Positions 1 through 8,101 of a DNA stretch of 32,959 nt are shown in pieces. The notes under the pieces were generated by a model that was not told where the DNA came from, made no database searches, and was given only the letters and a program-made list of their open reading frames with translations. The DNA lies in the NCBI GenBank assembly GCA_035279985.1, contig DATEGR010000062.1, positions 1 to 32,959 of the forward strand, read 5' to 3'. The position numbers were made by a program, and so were the translations under genes. Source of the stretch: Verrucomicrobiia bacterium (GTDB lineage: Bacteria > Verrucomicrobiota > Verrucomicrobiia > Limisphaerales > UBA11358). How positions within the stretch are numbered: position 1 is the stretch's first letter; every line of letters begins with the position of its first letter.

Positions 1-42
1 GAACAATTCGGAATCGGATTTCCATTCCATGGCCATAGCTTA

Positions 43-1356
43 TCAGCGATTTTGACCGGTTGCGGCAATTTTCATCGGTTCCAGGCGCGGATTCAAGACC
101 TGTATGGCGAGCAACGCCAGCAGGTAGGCGCAGGAGGCGCCGCCGAATAACAACACATAACTGCCCGTCCATTGGAGGACATAGCCGGTAAATTTCGCGG
201 CGAGCATCCCCGCCACGGCGCCGGCCATGCCGCCAATCCCGACCACGGAGCTGACGGCGCCGGGCGGTGCCGTGTCGGACACGAGCGTGTAAAGGTTGGC
301 GGCAAAACCCTGATGCGCGGCGGCGGCAAGTCCAATGAGCGCGGTAACGAGCCAGAGATTGGAAACGGTCGCGGCGGCAAAAACGGGCACGACGCACAGC
401 GCGCAGATGAGCATCGCGGTTTTGCGGGCCGCATTGAGCGACCAGCCGCGCTGAAGCAGCCATGAGGAGAGCCAGCCGCCGCCGATGCTGCCCACGTCGG
501 CGATCAAATAAATCGCCACGAGCGGGGGCCCAAAATTGCTTAAATCAAGCCCGTGCTGGTCGTGGAGGAAACCGGGCACCCAAAAGAGATAAAACCACCA
601 GACCGGCGCGACCAGCACCATGCCGGCGGTAAACGCCCAGGTTTGCCGGTGACGCAACAATTCCGGCCAGGAGATTTTCGTTGCCGGATCGGGGGCATCA
701 CTTTGGATGTAAGCGAGTTCGGCGCGCGAAACACGCGGATGATTTTGCGGACTGCGATAGGTCATTTGCCACGCGACGAGCCAAAGCAGACCCAGCGCAC
801 CGGTCACGAAAAAGGCCGCCGGCCATCCCCAACGCAGTGTGAGCCACGGGACCAGCAGCGGTGTCACCACCACAGCCACGTTGCAACCCGCGTTGAAAAT
901 TCCCGTAGCCAGCGCGCGTTCCTTTTGGGGAAACCATTCCCCGATCGTTTTAATTGCGGCCGGGAAATTGCCACCCTCGGCCACGCCCAGGGCAAACCGT
1001 GCCGCACTGAAGCTCATCACCGAGCGGGCAAACGTGTGGCCGATGGCCGCGAGACTCCAGCTAAACACGGCGACCGCGTAACCCAGCCTGACCCCGACCC
1101 GATCCATGAACCGGCCGCCACCGGCGTAACCGATGGCGTAAGCGCATTGAAAAGCAAAGATCACGTTGCTGTAATCAATTTCATTCCAGACCAGGTTGTG
1201 CATCAAAGTGGGTTTGAGAATGCTGATGACCTCCCGATCCACGTAGTTGAGGGTGGTAGCGAAAAAGAGCAACGCGCAGATGCGCCAACGATACGAACCG
1301 GTACGGCCGAGGCCAGCCGCCGTGGACCGACTTGATGGTTGGGATTCGCCCATCAT
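43..1356 (-). CDS. exuT: MFS transporter, anion:cation symporter (ACS) family, hexuronate transporter ExuT-like
   Basis: 437-aa ORF that is hydrophobic throughout (multi-TM). 'LNYVDREVISILKP', 'GEWFPQKERALATGIFNAG' and 'WPAAFFVTGALGLLWLVAW..YRSP' line up with my recollection of E. coli ExuT ('SEWFPAKERSIAVGYFNVG', 'WQMAFIISGALSFIWAMAW..YKHP'). It is the last gene of the pectin-degradation train. Confidence 0.8.
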   Translation of the reverse strand: MMGESQPSSRSTAAGLGRTGSYRWRICALLFFATTLNYVDREVISILKPTLMHNLVWNEIDYSNVIFAFQCAYAIGYAGGGRFMDRVGVRLGYAVAVFSWSLAAIGHTFARSVMSFSAARFALGVAEGGNFPAAIKTIGEWFPQKERALATGIFNAGCNVAVVVTPLLVPWLTLRWGWPAAFFVTGALGLLWLVAWQMTYRSPQNHPRVSRAELAYIQSDAPDPATKISWPELLRHRQTWAFTAGMVLVAPVWWFYLFWVPGFLHDQHGLDLSNFGPPLVAIYLIADVGSIGGGWLSSWLLQRGWSLNAARKTAMLICALCVVPVFAAATVSNLWLVTALIGLAAAAHQGFAANLYTLVSDTAPPGAVSSVVGIGGMAGAVAGMLAAKFTGYVLQWTGSYVLLFGGASCAYLLALLAIQVLNPRLEPMKIAATGQNR

Positions 1357-1431
1357 CGCTAGGCCATTGTGCCACGTGGACGGCGGCCTTCGTTGAAACC
1401 GGAAGTTGCGAAGCCGGAGGTTTTCATAAAA

Positions 1432-2130
1432 TCACTTGGCCGACGCCGGCGCGGAACCCTCCGCGCCCTTCAGTTTTTGTTTTTCGCCCCATTCCTGGTA
1501 GGCCTTGTGCACGTCATGGCCTTGCGCATTCAGGTAATTGTTGATCTTGCCCTTGTATTTTTTAAAGACGGCCGATTTTTCTTCGGCGCTGCCGCAATCC
1601 ATGGCCTCCTCGCGCGCCTGTTTGAGCAATTCCAGAATCCTGGCTTTCTCCGCGTCGGTAAGTTTCGGGACAATCCGGCAATAAGCGTTGTAAGTCACCT
1701 CAACTTTGTTGTAGGTCATCCGGTCCTTGACCGTGTCCACCTGTTGGGGGTCCAGGTTCGCCGAAAGTGCGGTGAGAAATTTTTGGTGCAACGATGCCAG
1801 TGAGGCCCGGATTTGCGCGGTGGCATTTGAGTTGCCCGCCTTGACCGCTTGTTTCAGTGTTACGTCGTTCGCGTCGTGCCAGGCCCGCAACGCCCGCCAC
1901 TGCGCCATGATGATACCGTGCACCCTGGCGACCTGGTTGGTCTCGCTGAGCGCCAGCGCCTTCAGGATGTCTGCCGTGCGGCCTTCGATGGCTTTGGTGT
2001 AATTTGCTTCCATCAGTTCCGACGGCGATGGGGAGGTCGCGGGCGTTTTGTCTTCGGCCGCAAGCGCAGGGGTGACGAAAGTCAGGTTTCCAGCGCAGAG
2101 AAACGTGATGATGAACAGCGAATGTTTCAT
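1432..2130 (-). CDS. DUF3826-family secreted protein (function unknown, typical of pectin/RG-II loci)
   Basis: The longest ORF runs to 2163. The ATG at 2130 gives the signal peptide MKHSLFIITFLCAGNLTFVTPALAAEDK. The C-terminal half 'VKDRMTYNKVEVTYNAYCRIVPKLTDAEKARILELLKQAREEAMDCGSAEEKSAVFKKYKGKINNYL' matches the DUF3826 signature as I remember it (..GMTYG..VTY..Y...P.LT.E.K..I...L.EARE.AMD.GS..K...F.KYKG.INNYL). Confidence 0.75.
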   Translation of the reverse strand: MKHSLFIITFLCAGNLTFVTPALAAEDKTPATSPSPSELMEANYTKAIEGRTADILKALALSETNQVARVHGIIMAQWRALRAWHDANDVTLKQAVKAGNSNATAQIRASLASLHQKFLTALSANLDPQQVDTVKDRMTYNKVEVTYNAYCRIVPKLTDAEKARILELLKQAREEAMDCGSAEEKSAVFKKYKGKINNYLNAQGHDVHKAYQEWGEKQKLKGAEGSAPASAK

Positions 2131-2246
2131 TTGGGTAAACCTGGCAAGTTCGGGAAGTCTCATAATTTAAAAATTGCCAGATGAGTTTTGGATTGTGACA
2201 GACCGTCCGCGAATCGCGGTGGCGGGTGTTGACTGTGAGTCCGAAT

Positions 2247-5200
2247 TCATTGTGCAGAAACCGCGCGATAAAATCGCACGGATAAACCTGGAAACCCCGG
2301 CGGCGTGAAGGTCTGGCTTGAGCCGGTGGCGGTGGTATGGGTCCAGGTCGTCCAACCGGCCAAATCGTCGGAGTATTGGAGCAGGAAGTAAAAACCGGAT
2401 TCGCCGCTGAACTGCAACTGCGGCACGCCGCCCGAAACCGAAAACGTCAGGTGCGACTGAGGATTGGCCCGGACATGAACCCCGACCACGTTCGTGCAGG
2501 AAAACCCGGAAGCGTCAGTCACTTCAAACTGAAATCCGCCTGTCCCGTAAAAACCTGTCGCTGGTGTGAAACGGGCAATCGTTCCGCCGGCGAGCAACAC
2601 GACGGTACCGTTCGTCGGATTGGAAACCGTGTAGACCGGCGAGTTGTTTGTGAACCCGCGGGTGAACCGCATCAAGTCCACGTCCACGTAGGCATTGCGT
2701 ATACAGTCCAGGTGAGGAGCGGCCAGCCAGTTCAAGTAATCTTCGAGGTCGGTGTAACCGTCGCCGTCCGGGTCGGCATTACTGTCGGAAAAATCACCGG
2801 CAGCAGAATCGGGATTCAGTCCTTTTGCCAGTTCCCACCAGTCGGGCAGCCCGTCGTGGTCGGAATCCGTCGGCACATCGGCAGTGGCGTAGGCCGGCCA
2901 GGGATAATTGGGCGAACCCGCGGCGTCATGGACGTCAGTCTGTGAATCAATGAAGCCGGGATTATCCGGGCCTGCGGTATCCTGCAAAACTCCGTTGATG
3001 GTGTAGGTCGGACCGTTCGTGCCCTCGTAATGAGTCGTGCCGTCCAGCACTTCACCGATAATCCGCTGGTCAATCATGTCGGGCGCCGGTTCGTTGCAGC
3101 CGACGTCCGACAGTACGACCTCGTAGGCGTTGCTGGCCGTCTGGGTGGTGACGTAAGACGGAAAAAGCTCACCGTTCGTCACGACCAGTCCAGCCAGGGG
3201 CAAACCGTTGACAAATGACCCGCTCATCCAATTGTTTGTGTAATAGGATTTGCCCTGCATCACATTGCCGTTCATGTAAATGTACTCGGTGCCCCAATTC
3301 GTATTGATGGAATCCAACCTCAACAACCAGGTCACCGGGCTGTTGGGGGCGTAGGGCTTGTAGTAATTGTTCACGTAATCCAGCCGTGCGACGCCACCGT
3401 CGGTGGTCCGGGCCAGCCAGTTGTAAACGACGTTGTTGCGGATATCGAGCGAACCGGCGTAATGCGCGCTTTGATCCAGGCCGCCGGCCAGCGACCAGTT
3501 CCGATCCGTCGAGTGCGCGATGAGGTTATGATGGTAGCTGCCGATTTCCCCGCTGATGGAAGCCGCGAAGGCATGCGGCTGATAACAATTGGTGCAGCCC
3601 GTCGCCGCCCGCTCGGCATCATTGTAATGATACGAATAGCGCAACGGCTCGGAGATGATGTTATGTTGGTACGTGGTCATGGCCGACTGGCTGCCCACGC
3701 TGCCGCTTTGCAGGGAATTGCAGGCCACGTCCAGCGACCAGCTTGACGAGCAATGGTCCACAATCGTCTGTGTCGCACTCCCGGGACTCATCGCGTCCAT
3801 GGACTGTTGCTCGGCATCGCCGATGCGGAAGCGCATGAATCGCATGATGACATCATTGGGTCCCGACATGCCGGCGCGAAAGTTGGCGATGCAAATGCCG
3901 TCGCCCGGCGCGGTCTGCCCGGCAATGGTGAGATAACCGTTGCCGATCACACACGGCGATTGAAGCCGGATCAGGCCCGATACCCGAAAGACCACCGTGC
4001 GAGGCCCGCTGGCGGCGATGGCGGCCCGGTAGCTGCCCGGCCCGCTGTCGTTCAGATTCGTGACCTCAATGACTACGCCACCGCGCCCGCCGCGCGCCCA
4101 GCGCCCGTAGCCCTCCGCTCCGGGAAAAGCCAGATGCCGCGTACGGAATTCCCAGACTTTGCCTTTCGCGAGGTTGGTCGCGCCGTTTTCAATGTCCAAC
4201 TGGTCCACGCGCCAATAATAAGTCAGGGCGCTGTCAAGGTTCGTGACGAAGAACGAGTTGGTGGCGTAGACCAGGGCGGCATTGTTGGTCTTGAATTCCG
4301 GGGACGTGATCGTGGCGTTCGCCACGATGTTGCTGCTCGTGCCAAGGTAAAGATAGTTGGAAACCGCAAAGCCCGCCGGCAGCCATTGCAGGGTGAGATA
4401 CCCGGCGTTGGCCGTGCCCGGCAGCGGCGCATCATTGCTGGCGAACACGTGCTCGTCATTCTGGGGCGGAAATACCGCGGTGGCGGTCGTTCCCGGTGCG
4501 CTCGGGCGATCAATTTCAAACCCGTTGAGCACCACAAAATCAAGAGCCCCGCTGTGATCGGGATCGAAGTTCAGTACCACCGGCTGGCCGTCGTAACTGT
4601 TGCTGACCGTGAAAAAGGCGAAACCACATTGATTGTCGTTCGTCGCAAAAAACGACGGGACGTTGGTAAAAACCGGAATCCCATTCGCGCTGACGATGGA
4701 GCGGCTCAGGAACGGACTGGCCGGATGGATCCACGTCTGCCCCGCGTTCGTGCCCCAAAGGTCATTATGGTAGGTCGTGATGGTATGCAGGCCGGCGGAC
4801 AGGTTGGAAATGGTCAAAGACAACGCGCCGCCATTGGTGTACGGGTGGCCGGTGCTGGTGTCGTTGACCCACACGCCGTCACCACACAGCCGGTAACCGG
4901 CGTTCGGGTCCGTACTGGTCGTGTTGCCGTTTTTATTCAACCAGTTGGCCAGCAGTGTAGAATTGGTATCGCCGATGGCGGGAATCGTTTGCGCAAGCGT
5001 GCAGGAAATGACGCTGAAATTGGTGGCCGTCGGCAGCCCGGTGTTGGGATCCAGCACCACAGTAACATTGGTGAACGAATGCGTTGCTGTCTGGCCGGTC
5101 CCCACGTCATACCAGCCGACAAATCCCGGGGCGGTGTCGTCGGGCCGCGGCGATTGGCTCTTATTGATGTCCACGCTCAATAATTGCGCGCGGGAAAGTT

Positions 5201-5255
5201 GCGCCGTCAGCAGGATCAGCAACCTCAATATGACAATTTGAGCTTTTGGCCTCAC
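2247..5255 (-). CDS. Secreted multidomain pectate lyase, PL1 family (CBM-like + FN3-like + PL1 beta-helix + DxDxDG Ca-binding pair + Ig-like + FYR-ending C-terminal domain)
   Basis: The ORF spans 2247..5492. I place the start at GTG 5255, which gives the signal peptide MRPKAQIVILRLLILLTAQLSRAQ and overlaps the upstream stop as GTGA. The upstream 79 codons are Arg/Gly-rich junk. PL1 signatures: 'RHLAFPGAEGYGRWARGGRGGVVIEVTNLNDSGPGSYRAAI', 'IVDHCSSSWSLD', 'SYHHNLIAHSTDRNWSLAGG', 'DIRNNVVYNW'. The N-terminal ~440 aa are paralogous to 16769..19063 ('GLHTITTYHNDL' vs 'GQHTIVTYHNEV'; 'VVLNGFEIDRPSAP' vs 'LILNGFAIDVPDP'). Confidence 0.9.
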   Translation of the reverse strand: MRPKAQIVILRLLILLTAQLSRAQLLSVDINKSQSPRPDDTAPGFVGWYDVGTGQTATHSFTNVTVVLDPNTGLPTATNFSVISCTLAQTIPAIGDTNSTLLANWLNKNGNTTSTDPNAGYRLCGDGVWVNDTSTGHPYTNGGALSLTISNLSAGLHTITTYHNDLWGTNAGQTWIHPASPFLSRSIVSANGIPVFTNVPSFFATNDNQCGFAFFTVSNSYDGQPVVLNFDPDHSGALDFVVLNGFEIDRPSAPGTTATAVFPPQNDEHVFASNDAPLPGTANAGYLTLQWLPAGFAVSNYLYLGTSSNIVANATITSPEFKTNNAALVYATNSFFVTNLDSALTYYWRVDQLDIENGATNLAKGKVWEFRTRHLAFPGAEGYGRWARGGRGGVVIEVTNLNDSGPGSYRAAIAASGPRTVVFRVSGLIRLQSPCVIGNGYLTIAGQTAPGDGICIANFRAGMSGPNDVIMRFMRFRIGDAEQQSMDAMSPGSATQTIVDHCSSSWSLDVACNSLQSGSVGSQSAMTTYQHNIISEPLRYSYHYNDAERAATGCTNCYQPHAFAASISGEIGSYHHNLIAHSTDRNWSLAGGLDQSAHYAGSLDIRNNVVYNWLARTTDGGVARLDYVNNYYKPYAPNSPVTWLLRLDSINTNWGTEYIYMNGNVMQGKSYYTNNWMSGSFVNGLPLAGLVVTNGELFPSYVTTQTASNAYEVVLSDVGCNEPAPDMIDQRIIGEVLDGTTHYEGTNGPTYTINGVLQDTAGPDNPGFIDSQTDVHDAAGSPNYPWPAYATADVPTDSDHDGLPDWWELAKGLNPDSAAGDFSDSNADPDGDGYTDLEDYLNWLAAPHLDCIRNAYVDVDLMRFTRGFTNNSPVYTVSNPTNGTVVLLAGGTIARFTPATGFYGTGGFQFEVTDASGFSCTNVVGVHVRANPQSHLTFSVSGGVPQLQFSGESGFYFLLQYSDDLAGWTTWTHTTATGSSQTFTPPGFPGLSVRFYRAVSAQ

Positions 5256-7897
5256 TTCACACCCATGTTTGCGTTCCGTTTGTCCAGAGTGACCGATTGC
5301 GGCACGACACCGAGCACCACAAAACTGCCTTTGCCGATCAGCTCCAGTTTCTGCCGGCCCGCTTCGTAGCGGAACGCGTGGATGTCCACGCTGGGACAGC
5401 CGGAAATTGCGACCGCGTTTTCGAGGACTGTGTCCACGCCGCCGCGTTCGTCTGCCTGCGCCGCGGTTTCGAGGTCGGGCACCTGCAGCCATTCCTTGCC
5501 GGGGTTGTTGAAATATCCCACCAGAACCTGCACCGGCTGCGAGACTTCGAATTCAATCGGCTGGTAATGGCCCTTCCTGGCGGTTTCGTGCGAAAACCGG
5601 ATGCCGGTCAGCCCGTTCAATTCCGGTGCCAGGCTTTGAATCACGAAGTTCCGGTCGGTAAAAACGCGGGCGCCGACTTCGACCTTGTAGGTTTCGGCAT
5701 TGGTGCTGATCAATTTGAAATCTGCCGCCGGCCAGGGATTAATATTAGACTGGACCGCAGAGTTGGCGGCCCTCGAACCCTGTTTCAACGAGGCTACCCT
5801 TGCCTGGAAATTTTCCAGCTCCTTCCGGTAGAGCGGCACCAGTTGCGACCAGAGGTAATTGGTGCCGACACCATGGATGCCGCCAGTAAACGGAATTTTC
5901 CGCTGCGACGTCTGCATGCCATTGGCGAAGCGATAGGCCGGCGACGCGAGGGCGGCCAGTTTTTGGTAATCCGCGAAGCTTTCGGCCAGGTATTTTTCCG
6001 CCTGCTCCATGTCGGCAAGGTCACGGCTGTAGCCATAACGCAAAACCAGCTCCGCGGCCTTCACTTTCGCCGAATAATTTCCGGCCATCAGTTGAATGCA
6101 ATGAACGTCGTTGTCCAGCCGTTCGAACTCAGCGCGGTTTTTGAGGCCGCGCAATGGGACGGAGGCGACAGAGGCGACTGCATTGCTGGAATAGTCCAAC
6201 ACTTCACGGATGATGGACTCCGGCGTTTCGCCCGTGTGCGGCTCGTGGTTCCATTCATTTTTAACGTATTCGTCCAGGCGCTCGCCCGGCGGTGCCTGTG
6301 AGAGCCACAGCCCGTCGAACGCCTTATATTTTTTGGGGTTCACGAGTTCGTCCAGCGTCATGCCGAGGGAAAGCGTCTGGCGATTGCCCTCGGTGATCCC
6401 GAATCGGCGGATGAGGCGCGGTGCGACTTCGCCGGATGCGTTGTAAGCATCAAGGATTTTCTCGGCCGCGTTGGTGTTGCCGTAGCGGTCGGCCAGTTGC
6501 GAAATCCAGTAAGCCCGGTCTTCCTTTGGCGGAATATCGGGATTCCAGGAATAACGAGCCCAGGCCGTGAACCAAATCCAGTCACGCCGCCACTGGAGCA
6601 GGGGCGGGTCGGCGAGGTCGGGTGAATAAGGCCAGTTCCAATAAGACAGCGGATACAGATGGAGGCCGGTTGCCCCCAGCCGGTCGCGCGCGGCCTGGAC
6701 GCATTTTTGGATGAACTGCTGGTCGCCGTAACGGAACGGTTCGAGATTGGACAAAAGATGGATGTTGACCATGTGCGGCGAGAGTTTGCTCATGGCCACG
6801 TGGATGGCCGCTTCCTTGCCGCGCGGTTCCCAGGTCGTCAGCGATTCACCGTTGTATTTCGATTCGGTCCAGATGTTGGTATAAACCTTGAGCGCGGCGG
6901 GAATGATGGCATAGGCATCCATCGCGTGGGTGCGGATGACGACCGGCGGTTCCTCCTGCAAACCGGCCTCCTTCATGCCATCCAGCACGCCGGGCAGAAT
7001 CACATTGGTGCACCACTCCAGTTGATTCGGCGTGTCCCGCAATGCTTCGCCGAGACAAACCATGAGGCCGACATGGGGATAATCCTTCACAAATTCCGCG
7101 ATGGACTTACGCGTGTAATCCTCGGTGAGCGGCGTGGGCGCGGAGAGTTGGGTGGAAATGCCATTGGTCTCGGCAAACGGTTTTGAGACGAGAATGTTAT
7201 AGAACATTTGCACGAGCCAGATGCCGCGCTGGTCACACTCTTGGGTCAACCAGCGGAACATCTCCTGGTTCCTTTTGAAAACGTCGTCCGGCACTTCCAC
7301 CGCATACGGATAATCCTTGAGTCGCACCAGCGAGGCGAACGGATGGCCGCTCCAGAGATAGAGCGTGTTCATGCGGTTCTCGACGAGGAAATCCAGATAC
7401 TCGCGCCACATTTCTTTGTCGTAGAACCACGGGAACAATTCCGGCGTGTAGGGATATTCATAAACATGCCGGCCCGGCAGGATATAGGTCTTCTGCATCC
7501 CGATACAGGTGCCGCGCAGGGTGAACGCGGGCTGGCCGGCAAAGTTGGCGATCCTCGGCAGCTTGCCTTCGTCGCGAATTTGCCGGGCCAGTTCCAAACA
7601 GCCGTAGAGCGTGCCCGAATCGTCTCCCGATGTGACCACCAGATCATCATTGCCCTTCGAATCAATGCGGAACCCCTCATGTCCCGCGGCCGGATCATGG
7701 GGCGCTTCCAAATGAATCTTCCGGCCGGAAACGTTTTCTGCATGCACAATCGTTGCATCCCGCTTCACTCCCTTGAGCGCCTCCACCAGTCTTTCCGCGC
7801 CGAATTCCACGCGCGGCGCGGCATTTGACGAAACGACGATGGAAATGGTCTCAGCCCGGACGACAAACGAAAAAAAGAGCGCCAAAACAGCCAGCAT
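5252..7897 (-). CDS. Secreted glycoside-hydrolase-like protein, family not assignable by eye (GH20b/alpha-glucuronidase-N-like domain + probable TIM barrel + C-terminal beta-sandwich)
   Basis: 949-aa ORF. I place the start at ATG 7897 (MLAVLALFFSFVVRA|ETI) because 7898..8101 is filled by a hairpin repeat element; an alternative ATG lies at 8008. 'ETISIVVSSNAAPRVEFGAERLVEALKG' and 'GFRIDSKGNDDLVVTSGDDSGTLYGCLELARQI' resemble the N-terminal domain of GH20/GH67/GH115/DUF4838-type enzymes. 'WREYLDFLVENRMNTLYLWSGHPF' fits a beta/alpha-barrel glycosidase. The stop overlaps the next start. Confidence 0.75.
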   Translation of the reverse strand: MLAVLALFFSFVVRAETISIVVSSNAAPRVEFGAERLVEALKGVKRDATIVHAENVSGRKIHLEAPHDPAAGHEGFRIDSKGNDDLVVTSGDDSGTLYGCLELARQIRDEGKLPRIANFAGQPAFTLRGTCIGMQKTYILPGRHVYEYPYTPELFPWFYDKEMWREYLDFLVENRMNTLYLWSGHPFASLVRLKDYPYAVEVPDDVFKRNQEMFRWLTQECDQRGIWLVQMFYNILVSKPFAETNGISTQLSAPTPLTEDYTRKSIAEFVKDYPHVGLMVCLGEALRDTPNQLEWCTNVILPGVLDGMKEAGLQEEPPVVIRTHAMDAYAIIPAALKVYTNIWTESKYNGESLTTWEPRGKEAAIHVAMSKLSPHMVNIHLLSNLEPFRYGDQQFIQKCVQAARDRLGATGLHLYPLSYWNWPYSPDLADPPLLQWRRDWIWFTAWARYSWNPDIPPKEDRAYWISQLADRYGNTNAAEKILDAYNASGEVAPRLIRRFGITEGNRQTLSLGMTLDELVNPKKYKAFDGLWLSQAPPGERLDEYVKNEWNHEPHTGETPESIIREVLDYSSNAVASVASVPLRGLKNRAEFERLDNDVHCIQLMAGNYSAKVKAAELVLRYGYSRDLADMEQAEKYLAESFADYQKLAALASPAYRFANGMQTSQRKIPFTGGIHGVGTNYLWSQLVPLYRKELENFQARVASLKQGSRAANSAVQSNINPWPAADFKLISTNAETYKVEVGARVFTDRNFVIQSLAPELNGLTGIRFSHETARKGHYQPIEFEVSQPVQVLVGYFNNPGKEWLQVPDLETAAQADERGGVDTVLENAVAISGCPSVDIHAFRYEAGRQKLELIGKGSFVVLGVVPQSVTLDKRNANMGVK

Positions 7898-7960
7898 GGA
7901 AAGCCGCCGCGTGTTCGCTCTCGGATATCCCGGCAACCAAGCCCAAGGAGCTCGCGCTGG

Positions 7961-8057
7961 CGCGGCAGCGTCCTGGAGTGCGGCAGCCTTCTGCCGCTTT
8001 TCGCACATCGGCGCGCTCGAAAGCGGCCGAAGGCGGCCGAAGTCCAAAACCTCGCGG
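7961..8057. repeat. Head-to-head pair of REP-like hairpin repeats in the only sizeable intergenic gap of the operon
   Basis: Copy A (7961..8003, reverse orientation) reads cgaaaaGCGGCAGaaggCTGCCGCactccaggacgctgccgcg. Copy B (8018..8057, forward) reads cgaaaGCGGCCGaaggCGGCCGaagtccaaaacctcgcgg. They share about 31/40 positions. Each carries a 6-7 bp GC stem with a 4-nt loop (7980..7997 and 8024..8039). The six-frame translations give ..KRQKAAALQDAAA.. and ..ASWSAAAFCRF.., which I recognise as the typical shadow translation of a dispersed repeat family in Verrucomicrobiota/Planctomycetota genomes. Confidence 0.6.
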
Positions 8058-8101
8058 AGGTTGAGATGGTGTCGTTTCATTTTGAATGCTGTTGGTCTCA
8101 A

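Noticed and set aside
1-36. Possible start of a further minus-strand gene (ATG at 36: MAMEWKSDSELF..) 6 nt after the ExuT-like stop.
   Set aside because: Only 12 codons are visible before the window edge, so it cannot be supported.
1357-1431. Possible hairpin/terminator between DUF3826 and the ExuT-like gene (aaaccGGaagttgcgaagCCggaggtttt).
   Set aside because: The stems are only 4-5 bp with bulges and there is no clean U tract. It is not distinguishable from chance.
2141-2180. TGGCA..TTGC-like sequence that could be a sigma-54 -24/-12 promoter upstream of DUF3826.
   Set aside because: The spacing and the -12 GC element do not fit TGGCAC-N5-TTGC. I kept it only as an inverted repeat in the findings.
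3753-5183. Long ORFs antisense or out of frame to recognisable genes. Examples: 3753..5183 (+, 476 aa), 5246..6301 (+), 9471..10307 (+), 11269..12282 (+), 13801..14892 (-), 15662..16723 (+), 16757..17707 (+), 20511..21959 (+, 482 aa), 26025..27302 (+, 425 aa), 28216..29406 (-, 396 aa).
   Set aside because: All of them overlap genes with clear family signatures. Their translations are Arg/Gly/Ala/Pro-rich low-complexity strings with no recognisable motifs. This is the usual shadow-ORF artefact of GC-rich DNA.
5256-5492. 79-codon extension of the 1002-aa PL1 ORF (MAAGARPRNRGAGRRTRRRG..).
   Set aside because: It is an Arg-rich translation that lies fully inside the C-terminal coding region of the upstream gene. 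GTG 5255 gives a signal peptide and a GTGA junction.
7898-8101. N-terminal 68-codon extension of ORF 5252..8101 (MRPTAFKMKRHH..KRQKAAALQDAAAP..).
   Set aside because: The extension is the translation of the hairpin-repeat pair at 7961..8057. A normal signal peptide begins at ATG 7897.
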